From assembly GCF_964355755.1 (NCBI RefSeq), contig NC_092674.1, positions 28,768,001 to 28,832,000 on the forward strand: 64,000 bases of DNA. Reading direction: 5' to 3'. A program made the position numbers and the translations under genes. A model generated the notes under the pieces. That model did no database searches and was not told the DNA's origin. It was given only the letters and a program-made list of their open reading frames with translations. This DNA comes from Antedon mediterranea. Taxonomy: Eukaryota > Animalia > Echinodermata. Each line of letters opens with the position of its first letter. Positions within the stretch are counted from its first letter, which is position 1. Shown here one piece after another: positions 52,930 to 64,000 of this stretch.

Positions 52930-54706
52930 GCCAGCTAACATGCAGGTTTAGCAAGGCTATGAACAAATAAACAAAGTAGCCTCAGTAAACCCGCCTGTTG
53001 GCTGACACTACCTATGTTCAAAAGCACTATAGAGTTAAGCATAGAGTTAATCTGGCACGAAGAATTGTACACAAGTTTCAACTGACGCAAATGCTTGTGG
53101 TGTGATACTGAAATGCTTTATTTGTCCATTATCATAATAAAATAACAATAGAAATTTATCTTAAAGATTGGAAATGTTAGTACAATAAAAAAAACAGATT
53201 AATATAAAATATAAAACACAAATTCATATACAGAGTACACACAATATTTCACAAAACTAAAGTTTTAAAATGTGATAACATTAACAATTTAGAAGTTAAA
53301 ATACGATAAAAATGCATTAAACACTTAAAAAGTTCAAAATTGATAAAAGTTGTTTCAAAAGTGTTTGCCAATCTTCAAGACAAATTTCTATTGTAATATT
53401 TTTATGATGATGAACAAATTTAAGCATTTCTGAATTCAGATTACAACAGAGTATATCAGATGAAATTTTTACGTTTGAACATAACATGTTAAACCTCTTT
53501 GCCAATTACCTCCAATAGAGAAAAAAGCGCCTACACATGCTACTGTCAGGTAGAATAATATTACACAGGCTCAGAAGAGTGGTCAATGTTTTGTTAAAAT
53601 GACAAGAACAAAGATGTGGTCAGCAAACTATCTCCTGAAACAGGCTCAAGTTGATTGAAAACTCACAGGCCTAAATTATCATCTTATAAACGCTGGTAAC
53701 CGTTAGCAAGGTCATTCACAACAGGAGAAATTCTTTCTTTCCAATTAGTTTCTCCAAAGATAACTACTTTATCAACTTTTTTAAATTACAAGTGTTATAC
53801 CTGTACAATTAGACACTTTCAGGGTTGAGTTCAATTAAAGCTTATACAAGTTGTTTTAAGTATACAGTAAAGAAATGTAGTAATTGAAGACTTAATTTAT
53901 CCTCCTAAATTTACTTTGAAATTGAAAATTGCATAATCTAAGAAATGTTGAAGAAATTACATTATTAATTGAAAAAACATGTAGTCCTACTGATATTTAA
54001 GATAATATTTACTGGTCCATCATAAAATATGTTGAAATTCATTTTCCAAATGGTGTACACATACAAAAATACATAAAAACATTTACATATTTTAGGATAT
54101 TGTACTGTAGGTTGTTTTTGTGGAAGTTGCTAAATGTTAATTTCCTGGTGACATTTTTGTTTCTTTTTTGTTTTGAAGATTTGTATATGGATTTACTATC
54201 CAAAATAAAGGAAATGAATGAATGAAATATAAAAACATATATAGTGACAAGGTTACTAGATTATTAATATTATTTATTATTATTTATCTAATAAATAATA
54301 ATAATGAACACTTTAGTGCTACAATCAACTCGCTTGAGTTGACTCAAAATGTCTTTTTACTTTTAAATTCTTCATTTTATGCTAGGAGAATGTGAATTTG
54401 GGATTTTTATTTAAAAACATAATCAAACAATATAAAAGTCTAGAAGTTTCTAAATATTGGTATTTGGCCATTGAAGACTCTAGGCTTTTAACAATCTTTA
54501 GAAGAAAGATATTGTGGTTTACAGGGATATGCATGGAATATAATGATGATTATGAGTAGTGATGCAGTCATTGTTATTAGTGGTAATATCAATAAAACGA
54601 AAAAAATAAAACTTCCATCTTTATACCTAGACTTATTCAAAAACAATGTGGGTGTTAAAAAAGACTTAAGTAAATGAATCCACCCTTAAAAGCTTATTTA
54701 AATGTT

Positions 54707-54740
<34 letters not shown>

Positions 54741-57043
54741 GAAAAGAAAAACTCCCAGAAAATGAGTACTTAATTGTAAAACTACAAATTTTACAACCAA
54801 TAAATATATTCTTTACTATCGATAATTTATGAGCAATAATTTAAAATTAAAAGGGACGACCGAGGAAAACATTAATTATAGTAAAAAGGAAATAATATTT
54901 ATTACACAAAAAAGTAAGATTTATCAGCCAAAATATTTGTCTAGTAGTAATTTTTGGATCATGTCCAATCCCATCAGACTACATCAACCAGTCATCAACG
55001 TAAATTACCACGCAACATCTTTCGTCCATTTTAGTTTGACCACATCAAACCATATTGGTCTCCTTTATGTTGGACGACATAAACAAACAGAGTACTCAGT
55101 GGGCTTCTTGGAAACCTACCGTCTCTCATGAGAAATCAATGACCTGCATTGCTATGTACAATTTGGTTTCATGGGTAATTTGTTTAAAATGATTACTACA
55201 AGAGACACATTGGTTTGTAACATTTGTATTATTAACACAAACATCCTTTATGTCACTTATTTATTTTGAAAGATTGGTAAAAAGTACAAATAAATATGAC
55301 CGATAACTGACTTGGATTGGTAAAGTAGATTTACAATTAAATAATTAAACAACCATCCTTTATGTCACTTATTTATTTTGAAAGGTTTTCTTTGGTAAAA
55401 AGTAAATTAAATAAACATCACTGATAACTGAAAAGCTTGTAGATTGGTTACAATTAAATAATTAAACAGAACAATAGCAAACTAAACTTGAGAACATTAA
55501 AAATGCAAAAGTAGAATCTAAGTTTTGTGATACCAAACACCAAGAAAGCTTCTAGATTTGTTATGATTGGAAATCACAACAACAAAAAAACATTTCAGAA
55601 CATTAAAAATGCAAAAGATATCATTTCTGTGATACAGAATTAATTAATTATAATTAATTGATACTTAAATTATATTATTAACAAGACATGACATGATATG
55701 ATTTATTTATGAACATTTTAAAACTACTTTCTTGAAAGTAATATATTTTAACAACGCAAAATATCTATTATAAAACACAGTGAACAATTCTTCATTTAAT
55801 GCAATTTTTCCTACTTGTCAATCAACCTACAGTACCTTTTGAATGTTGGATAAAATATTTATAATAAAAAAAGTAAACAAAAAAAATTGTAAACACTCGT
55901 ATGATACTTGATAGTTAATGGCAAGGGAATAAATTTAACTTATTATTTTGCTATTCAATATTTTATAAAAACAATTTTATTTTTGAATGAAAAAATTCTT
56001 AATATGTACTGTATATACAAAAAGCTGAACATGCATTAGAACCATTAATTGTATCACCATTGGTTATAACTTTTCTGTTCAATAGAACGTCATCTGATGC
56101 ATAGTTAACCAATCAAACGGCAAGAATACAATCAGGTATGCCTAATATTTACTCTCACTACCATACAGTAAATAATATTTGTTTGAGAAACTTTTTGTCC
56201 ACAGATCTGCTAACAGCACTCATTGTGTTCATCCCTTTCTTTTCGCTGCTTTTTTTTATTCTTTTTTTTGTTTTGTGTTTTTGTATTCAGTGATAAAGTT
56301 TAATAAATAAATAAATAAATAAAATAAATAATAAATAATAAGTAATATTGTATATTTTATCACAGAGGTTTATTACGACTTTATTATACACAGTAGAGTC
56401 CTTTGGAGCTAACATTGAGGGCAGTATAATATTATTACACAAATTAATATAATTTTAATGTTTCCTTTTCACAAGTAGTAATAAAAGCAAGGACACAACA
56501 TGGTAATAAAAATAATTGAATTATGACATCTTGACAACAGCAAACAGTGCCAAACAAACAGGACAAAAATAGAAATTTTGAACGCCTGCCAAAAAACGAT
56601 TATAAAGATGATGATTCAACATCATAGAGGGTTAGGATGAACATTCTTGTGGAATAGAAGAAGCAGGTCTCCAGAGGGCTGATATAACCCAGGTCAAGAA
56701 CTACAGATCATCTACTACACGCTAGTTTCAGCCAACTACCTCCGAACAATAAATGGAAAGTTCTGAGGTACTACAGAGCGTACATAATTACTATGGAAAG
56801 TTGGCTCACTTTACAGACATTATAAAGATGGAGAAATACTCTACGTAGATATAAAACGAACATACAAAAGTATGATTATAATTTGAAACCCACAATTAGA
56901 GTAAACCACACAATGGTTTAATTTTGGGTATCTGTGATCGTATATAATACAACATTACATTCTTTTGATTTTAAATGGCCTTTTTGTTTTCACTATGTGC
57001 CACTGGACTATACGCTGCCTGTCAAGTTGATAAACTTACAAAA

Positions 57044-57420
57044 TGGTATTTGCAATATTAATAGCAAATCACATGTTATTACATTAAATTGTGTAACTTT
57101 TGTCCCAGTTTTCTGAAAAATTTCTGCAAAAATAATACTGATCATTGATGAAAATTATAGTTTATCTTAGCTTGTGGAATGGGATCTCATATGTCCACGC
57201 AATGTATTAATTACTTAATAAATGACTAACTTTCAACCAATCAAATAATTGTCCTTACTCTTGCATGTCATGTCTTAATTTTTTGGAAAAGGTATAAGTA
57301 CTGTAGTCATAATTTTCATCAATGATCAGTATTATTTTTGCAGAAATTATGAAATCTGGGACAAAAGTTACACAATTTAATGTAATAAAATATGGTTTAC
57401 TATTAATATTGCAAATACCA
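57044..57420. repeat. ~115-bp inverted repeat (57044-57158 / 57309-57420) with ~150 bp spacer
   Basis: tggtatttgcaatattaatag...gatcattgatgaaaattat versus ataattttcatcaatgatc...ctattaatattgcaaatacca. Confidence 0.88.
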
Positions 57421-57799
57421 ACATAATCTGTGCTTATATACATCCTGCCTTACTATTTTGTAACAGTGATATATGGATTAGCTTACAGTGATATATGGAT
57501 TAGCTTACGGTGGGCTATTAATTTTATCTTTTACAATCAGTAGTGCGTATCTAATCTTGATTAACATTTGCCGTTTTTATGTAATTTGTCAAAATATATA
57601 ATTTATGTGTTTTTCATCAGGTATGTGGGCCACATCCTCTGTCATCACAATACAATTGATAGTCTAAGCTTCGAATCAAAGCTCTTGGTATTCAACTATT
57701 GTAAGTTGGTCGCCAAATGGCTGGAGTCAGTGAAAAAATGGAAAATTAATAAGTCTTCGTTATTTAATGCCTCTATACCACTTATTTTTTAATGTACCT

Positions 57800-57975
57800 G
57801 TAGCGTGTGAACACCACATGTCGGTGGTTTGCCTTCTAATCCCATGGTCCAGGGTTCAAATCCTAACATAGTGCAAGGGTTGTAATCACTGTTTCTACCC
57901 CTTTCCAAAAGCCTAAAATAAGACTTAGTAATAAGCAAAAATATTTAGTCCATCCATCCTATAATTGGGGAGTTA
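57800..57975 (+). mobile_element. Degenerate tRNA-derived SINE remnant
   Basis: B box ggttcaaatcc at ~57853 in a ggtccagggttcaaatcct T-arm-like context; no intact cloverleaf. Confidence 0.4.
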
Positions 57976-58033
57976 AACATATATAGGTGCTTTTCCAAAA
58001 CGTGAACTTGGTCAACATTTCATAATGACGTTC

Positions 58034-58221
58034 GTTCGTTCGTTTTTATTTCACAATGCATCAAACTTAATATTTTTACATAATAAGTATTAAATAAAAA
58101 AATGCAAAGCCTGGAAAAGCTCAATATAGAGCTTTAAGCCTGGTTTCACCAGTACAAAATACACTAATAATTGTATCAATTACAATAGACAATAAATAAA
58201 TATTAATTAAAGTAGTAGAAA

Positions 58222-58306
<85 letters not shown>

Positions 58307-58855
58307 TTATACACAATTACGCTACAGGACAATACAAACACAACAAGAGGACAAACGTAAAGGGTATAGTATATGTACTATCATATATACTTGCAGGAGG
58401 TGAGACAAAAAAAAAGTTTGATGAAAAAGTTTTATTAATACAATCTGTATTGTGATAAAAGGAATTGTTGATATTTGGATTTGAATGTATTTAAGTTATT
58501 AGTATTTAGTAAGGATTGACTTAAATTATTCCATACTAGAGGACCATGGTATTTGATAGAATTCCGGATTGTGTTATGGGTTAAATTTATTGTGGCGTAA
58601 TTGTTGGCGTTTCTTGTATTGTAGTTGTGAAATTCATTATTTTTGATGAAGAAATGTTTGAAAATATTTGGAAGTTGATTGTTTGAATATCTGTGCATGA
58701 ATGTGGCGATTTGTAATTTGTTAATATCGAAGATGTTTAGGGTATTAAGTTTAAAGAAAAGGGACTTTGTGTGGGCTATATAGTGAGAATTGGTACAAAT
58801 GCGAATAGCCCGTTTTTGGAGTTTAAAGAGTTTGTCTAATTTAGAAATATGTGTG
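58034..58855 (-). mobile_element. 5'-truncated LINE (CR1/L2 group) with intact ORF2 C-terminus, 3'UTR, (GAAC)n tail and 7-bp TSD
   Basis: Minus strand reads LFKLQKRAIRICTNSHYIAHTKSLFFKLNTLNIFDINKLQIATFMHRY...HNYNTRN...GPLVWNNL...FKSK. GACGTTC at 58027-58033 and 58856-58862. Confidence 0.88.
58228..58298. repeat. (TA)n microsatellite, ~35 units, inside the LINE 3'UTR
   Basis: Directly visible. Confidence 0.95.
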
Positions 58856-59959
58856 GACGTTCTAATGGCTGTTCATTTTTAATTAACCAGACTTTGAATT
58901 CCGAAGTTGACAAAGCAAATTTAAAGACACCTTTCAGATATAACAAAATATTTATTTAAATTGTTATCCAGTTTTGTTTGGTTTTTGTGAACAGTTAACT
59001 AGATTTGAGGATTTTTACTATTTTAATTCAACCACATCCAACATAGACAAATCGCCAATTCAAGTTCTCTAGCAGCATATGTTTCGGCAGGCTGCTTAAA
59101 TATTTTGTATAAAAAGCTTTAAAATCGAAATGGTGATTTTTCGACTGATCATATCACATAAAAATATTCCTGGAATGCTCTATATACTTAGCAATAGAGT
59201 ACTGAAGTGCTAGGCTTTTGGTAATTGATGTCAATGCGTTTCCTTTCCTTATACTTCTGTACAAAATGTCTTTCTAAGATCAGTCATGAATAAAAAGCCC
59301 ATGAGAACAGCATTCCAATGCTGTAGCTTGAACTCGGTGGTATAAGATTGGATTAGTTGTGAATTATTGCAATGTGTCAGGCTTGATCCAAGTTGATGCG
59401 ATCGTTGGGTGCTTTCAACTGAGACGATTTAACAGAATCTACTATCAAGTCTAGCACACATGTACTGCCAACAGCATTTTATCAATTATAAATGTTTTAA
59501 ATTTTATAGTGCCCTCTATTGATTAGTCAACACAGAAACGCATCATGAATATCGCTCAATTTAGTACAATCGTTGAACATTTATTTATTTGTTTGAGTAT
59601 GTACAGTATGAATGTGAATGTTAATATTACCCAAAATGCAATTTGCTCAGATGCTCAGATGCCTCAGTAGCTTGACTCAAGGTCAATGGGAGGTCAATCA
59701 AATCGCAATGGGTTTATTATATAAATTATAATATTACATTATTAAAAACATATGTTGCTTATTGTAAAAAGGTAATAGATCTAGCTCGTTGTACATATTA
59801 TTATACCGTTTTGCCTTTGGTGAATAAAGAATTATGATGATTATAAATAGTGTATATGCCTAATAGACTTTCCCCTTTCAGGAGACCAAAGGCTAGACTT
59901 ACTAATCAACATCGCAACGACCAAACTGCGCATGCATTAAAATGTCAACTATAACTAAA

Positions 59960-60130
59960 TTTCATTTCATTTCATTTCATTTCATTTATTTCAATATCAT
60001 TATCGCAGCCTTAGCTGAATTACAAAGATATTTACATTTGTTCAATATTAAAATTTGTATAAAAGTATAAAACCAATGATAAAAAAATATAAAAAAAATA
60101 TTAAAATAGAAAAAAAAACACCTAAAAGCA
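59960..60130 (-). mobile_element. Retroposon 3' tail with (TGAAA)n
   Basis: (tttca)5 followed by cgcagccttagctgaa; minus-strand cagctaaggctg stem-loop upstream of the tail. Confidence 0.45.
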
Positions 60131-62420
60131 TAAAAAAGAATCGCAAAGCTGTACTGGGTGATATATACTGAGTGTTATTTGGCATTGCAGCTAAAAGCTG
60201 GACACAGATAGCCGTTATAAATGGTCATTATTTTGACACCATTTAACAAACTATATAAAATGTGTCCTGTCATATACCACCCCCTAAATAGCTAAGGTTT
60301 GAGGAGATACTTTCCAGGGCCTAGAGACATGCGTTTATGGCCAAATGACATCCTCCTGCTCATTTATCATCTCTATACATTTTTCAACAATATATTATTA
60401 GGACTGTCATCCCCATTAATGACAAGACTGATCATTATTCGTTATAAGAGGAAAGAATTGATACGCCCTTAATCGTGGCTACGATCGTTTCCGATTATAA
60501 TTGGGACAGGATACATCTATGCCAATACATCCTGACTAACAATCTAGCCAGGTGTCACACAAGGAATGATGCCACTCCCCACAATGTAGCCTATTATCAC
60601 CTTGCCTCTCCCAGACACTGTAGGCCTAAATATCCTGCTTCTAATCCCACTTGTATCGGAAATTGGTTATCCAAATCGAGGCTTACCTTGATTAAAATAG
60701 TACAGTCACTTGATCTTAAGATATACAGAAATACTGAAAGCTGATTGGCCAATTTAATAAAGTCTTTTTATGTTGCTGATTTCTTTAAATTGTACAAAAT
60801 GTGATCAAATAGATGTGATTTATTTTTAGAAGGAACTTCAAGTTCCATATACATTAAGTCTGAGATGATCCTTTTGATTAAAACTAGTTAATCCTAGTTA
60901 ATCCATGTGTGAGTGGAGATCTCCTGTAGTAAATAAATCTTAATTAATTAGTTTCTTTTTTGTTTTCCTGTAAATTTGTTGATGTAAAGCACCGTTAATT
61001 ATAATTCTATGATAAAAATATGCACAATATAAATTTTAAAGAATGCTTCCCCTTTATCCAGCTCTATTTGTAGGAAGATATTTTGATCAGGGAGATATAT
61101 CTCCCTATTTTGATACAGCTACTAACCATGTTTGATATTAAACCACGCTTCATATATTCACTGTAGCCATGGTGGTATAAAACACCTGTAAATTTAAATT
61201 TTATTTAATTCACCCTAATTAATAATTTGCATATATTGCTCAAACACTTGATCATGGAATAAATTCCATACTCCTCTCATAACATGGATTCAACAACTTT
61301 CCAATATTGTTTCAATTTAAATTCGACAATAGTCTATTTTCTTTTCGTTATTTTTGTTAGAAAATCATTAAAATTATCATTAATTGTACAAAAATGGAAG
61401 TATTATCCTAGAAACAAACTGATACTATAAGCCTGCGACACCTAAAGATTTAAAATAAATGAAATCTAGGACAATCTCACATCAACAAAGTATGTGTGTT
61501 TTAGTACTCAGTTCCCAAGTTTACCTGAAAGTTTCAAGAAAAGTGATTGACTAGGTGTAGAAAAAAAATATGAAGCCGTATCTTCATCCTACAGATGATA
61601 CAAAAAACAATTAACACGTGTACACAAAAAGAAGAAACAACGATAGATAAGTTAATCAATTCTCCACCCAAGTGATGTCCGCGGAAGCTTCCAAAAAGAG
61701 ATAACAGGACGGAACCCATCAAAGTTTCTTTTCATGGAAACAAAAGCCTGATACCTTTAGATTAGCCTGTTATTTGGTTTAAAATGATGAAGATATGACC
61801 GGGCTATACATTAATTGTACTAACACATGTTTTTGTGTGTATAGCAGGGACTTATCTATTCACAAGCGTTAACAATGTGAAGCATACATGTGACTTTAAG
61901 AGTCTATAACGAGGCTTTTTCTATCCTGTATAAATATTCTTTAAAATATTAAATCTAAAACAGAAATTAATCAATTAATGTTTCCTGTCTTGCAGACTAA
62001 ACAAAGCCTAAACATAAATATTTTGCTTAAGTAAAGCTGCACTGATTAGACCTGGATTCTTTGTGAGTCGGTGGATCTTTCCTCTTTTGAAATTTGTGTA
62101 TTCTCTGGCTGACAATGAACAGGAAGCCGTTTTCAATGCTTGTACTGTACACAGGCTAACTGTAACTATGTATGTCTGCTTGTCACTTTTGTTATTGCAA
62201 AATTATATAATATAATACAATTTTGTTTAGTAACAATTTCTTTTTGTATAATAGAAATAAAAACACTGAATTTGGAGTCATTTTGCAAAATCAAATGAAA
62301 GTGAATTGACACCGAGAATCAATTTTCCATGGTAATTTTTGTTTTAATTTCCATTCGAAAATGAATTAACTTGCTTTCAAAATTATTCTTAACAAAGAAA
62401 TATTATTGATTAAGGTATTA

Positions 62421-62568
62421 CAGTCAACTCTCCCAATACCGGACACCTTTGGGTGGACCAAATATGTCTGGTTTTCTGGAAAGTCTGGTATTCAGAATGG
62501 ACTTTGATAAAAGTCTGGTTTTGGGAGCATTTCCGGTTTTCAGAGAGTCCAGTATTGGGAGAGTTGTG
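62421..62568. mobile_element. Short Tc1/pogo-type MITE with TA TSD
   Basis: ta|cagtcaactctcccaataccggac ... gtccagtattgggagagttgtg|ta. Confidence 0.8.
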
Positions 62569-62923
62569 TATTAGACAATACAAAAATGCAAAAGTAAAAT
62601 GTAAATTAAATACAAAAAAATTCAATGAAAGCGAGTACATTTAGATTGATAGTATAAACACTGATCATGTCTATACAAAATAATAATTGAATTTAGAATG
62701 TACAGTTTAACATTTTTTACAAATAAACAGAAAATGAAAAACATATATTTTTATTGAAAGATCTGCTTCGTATTATATTATAAACTGCTTGTCATGGTCA
62801 AGACCAGTTTTATAAACTATGCCAACTCCCAAATTGTATGAATAAATAAAAGTAACTTTTAAAGCAAAATTTTACTTATTCAAATGGCAATGTTATAGTC
62901 ACAGCACCGCAGTAGCTGATGAA

Positions 62924-63607
62924 GTGGCCCTGAATAGCAGACTGTAGCAATAGCAGTGCCACTAAATAGCAGACTGTAGCAATAGCAGTGCCACTGAATA
63001 GCAGACTGTAGCAATAGCAGTGGCCCTGAATAGCAGACTGCATCAATAGCAGTGGTACTGAATAGCAGACTGTAGCAATAGCAGTGCTACTGAATAGCAG
63101 ACTGTAGCAATAGCAGTGGCACTAAATAGCAGACTGTAGCAATAGCAGTGGTACTGAATAGCAGACTGTAGCAATAGCAGTGGCACTGAATAGCAAACTG
63201 TAGCAATAGCAGTGCAGTGGTACTGAATAGCAGACTGCATCAATAGCAGTGGCCCTGAATAGAAGACTGCATCAATAGCAGTGGTACTGAATAGCAGACT
63301 GTAGCAATAGCAGTGGCACTGAATAGCAAACTGTAGCAATAGCAGTGCAGTGGTACTGAATAGCAGACTGTAGCAATAGTAGTGGCCCTGAATAGCAGAC
63401 TGCATCAATAGCAGTGGTACTGAATAGCAGACTGTAGCAATAGCAGTGGCCCTGAATAGCAAACTGTAGCAATAGCAGTGGTACTGAATAGAAGACTGCA
63501 TCAATAGCAGTGGTACTGAATAGCAGACTGTAGTAATAGCAGTGGTACTGAATAGCAAACTGTAGCAATAGCCATAGCACTAAATAGCAGACTGTAGCAA
63601 TAGCAGT
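62924..63607 (+). repeat. 32-bp minisatellite (ctgaatagcagactgtagcaatagcagtggca), ~21 copies
   Basis: Directly visible; some units carry a 5-bp gcagt duplication. Confidence 0.95.
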
Positions 63608-64000
63608 TAACAAAAATTGCTTTATATGCAACAACAGATGCTACAGTATATTTATGAAATTTACAGTAAAACAGCCAATCCCTGCACATCCATTTCCCAG
63701 GGCATGCGATAAAAAAAAACACACTTATTGGGGGATGTTTACAGATGGGTCATATGACACGCAAAGAAGATATATGAATGTTTATTAGTGAAAAAAGTCT
63801 TAACTTTCATTATACAGGAAACGCAATATGAATGAATGGGTACAGTTAGGAAGTTATGTTGGGCCAACGAGTTGGTATTTGTGGCGATAAATTACCATTG
63901 AGAGATGTTGGCACAAGACTTGGACAGGTTATAGACAATTGTTGATTGATTTATCAGGGTATCATTATGTAGTTGTGAAATAAATATAGAGTTAAATATA

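Noticed and set aside
63043-63722. Hydrophobic Cys/Tyr-rich ORFs
   Set aside because: Translation of a 32-bp repeat (not a multiple of 3) cycling through frames

Overview
AT-rich eukaryotic (invertebrate animal, probably a non-vertebrate deuterostome such as an echinoderm; this is inferred from a Deu-domain SINE and the gene structures) genomic DNA, not prokaryotic. It holds two spliced protein-coding genes on the + strand, reconstructed by hand. FPGT (fucose-1-phosphate guanylyltransferase) has 3 coding exons at 1507-3532 (573 aa). A KLF5-like Kruppel-like zinc-finger factor has 3 coding exons at 34264-40083 (388 aa) and lies in a region with no other recognisable coding sequence. The rest is non-coding and rich in repeats: a ~5.7 kb satellite built from two self-palindromic modules starting just after the FPGT stop, an 80-bp array amplified inside a Tc1/pogo-type MITE, several MITE families, Helentron-like elements, a full-length tRNA-headed Deu-type SINE, LINE 3' ends and minisatellites. 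Almost all ORFs in the supplied track are spurious. The most unusual observation is 18 dispersed copies of the palindrome TAGGCCTA; one is demonstrably a GGCC+TA insertion into a tandem-repeat unit, suggesting excision footprints of an unidentified TA-targeting, GG...CC-ended transposon. I found no convincing novel multi-gene system. All counts were made by eye and no searches were run.
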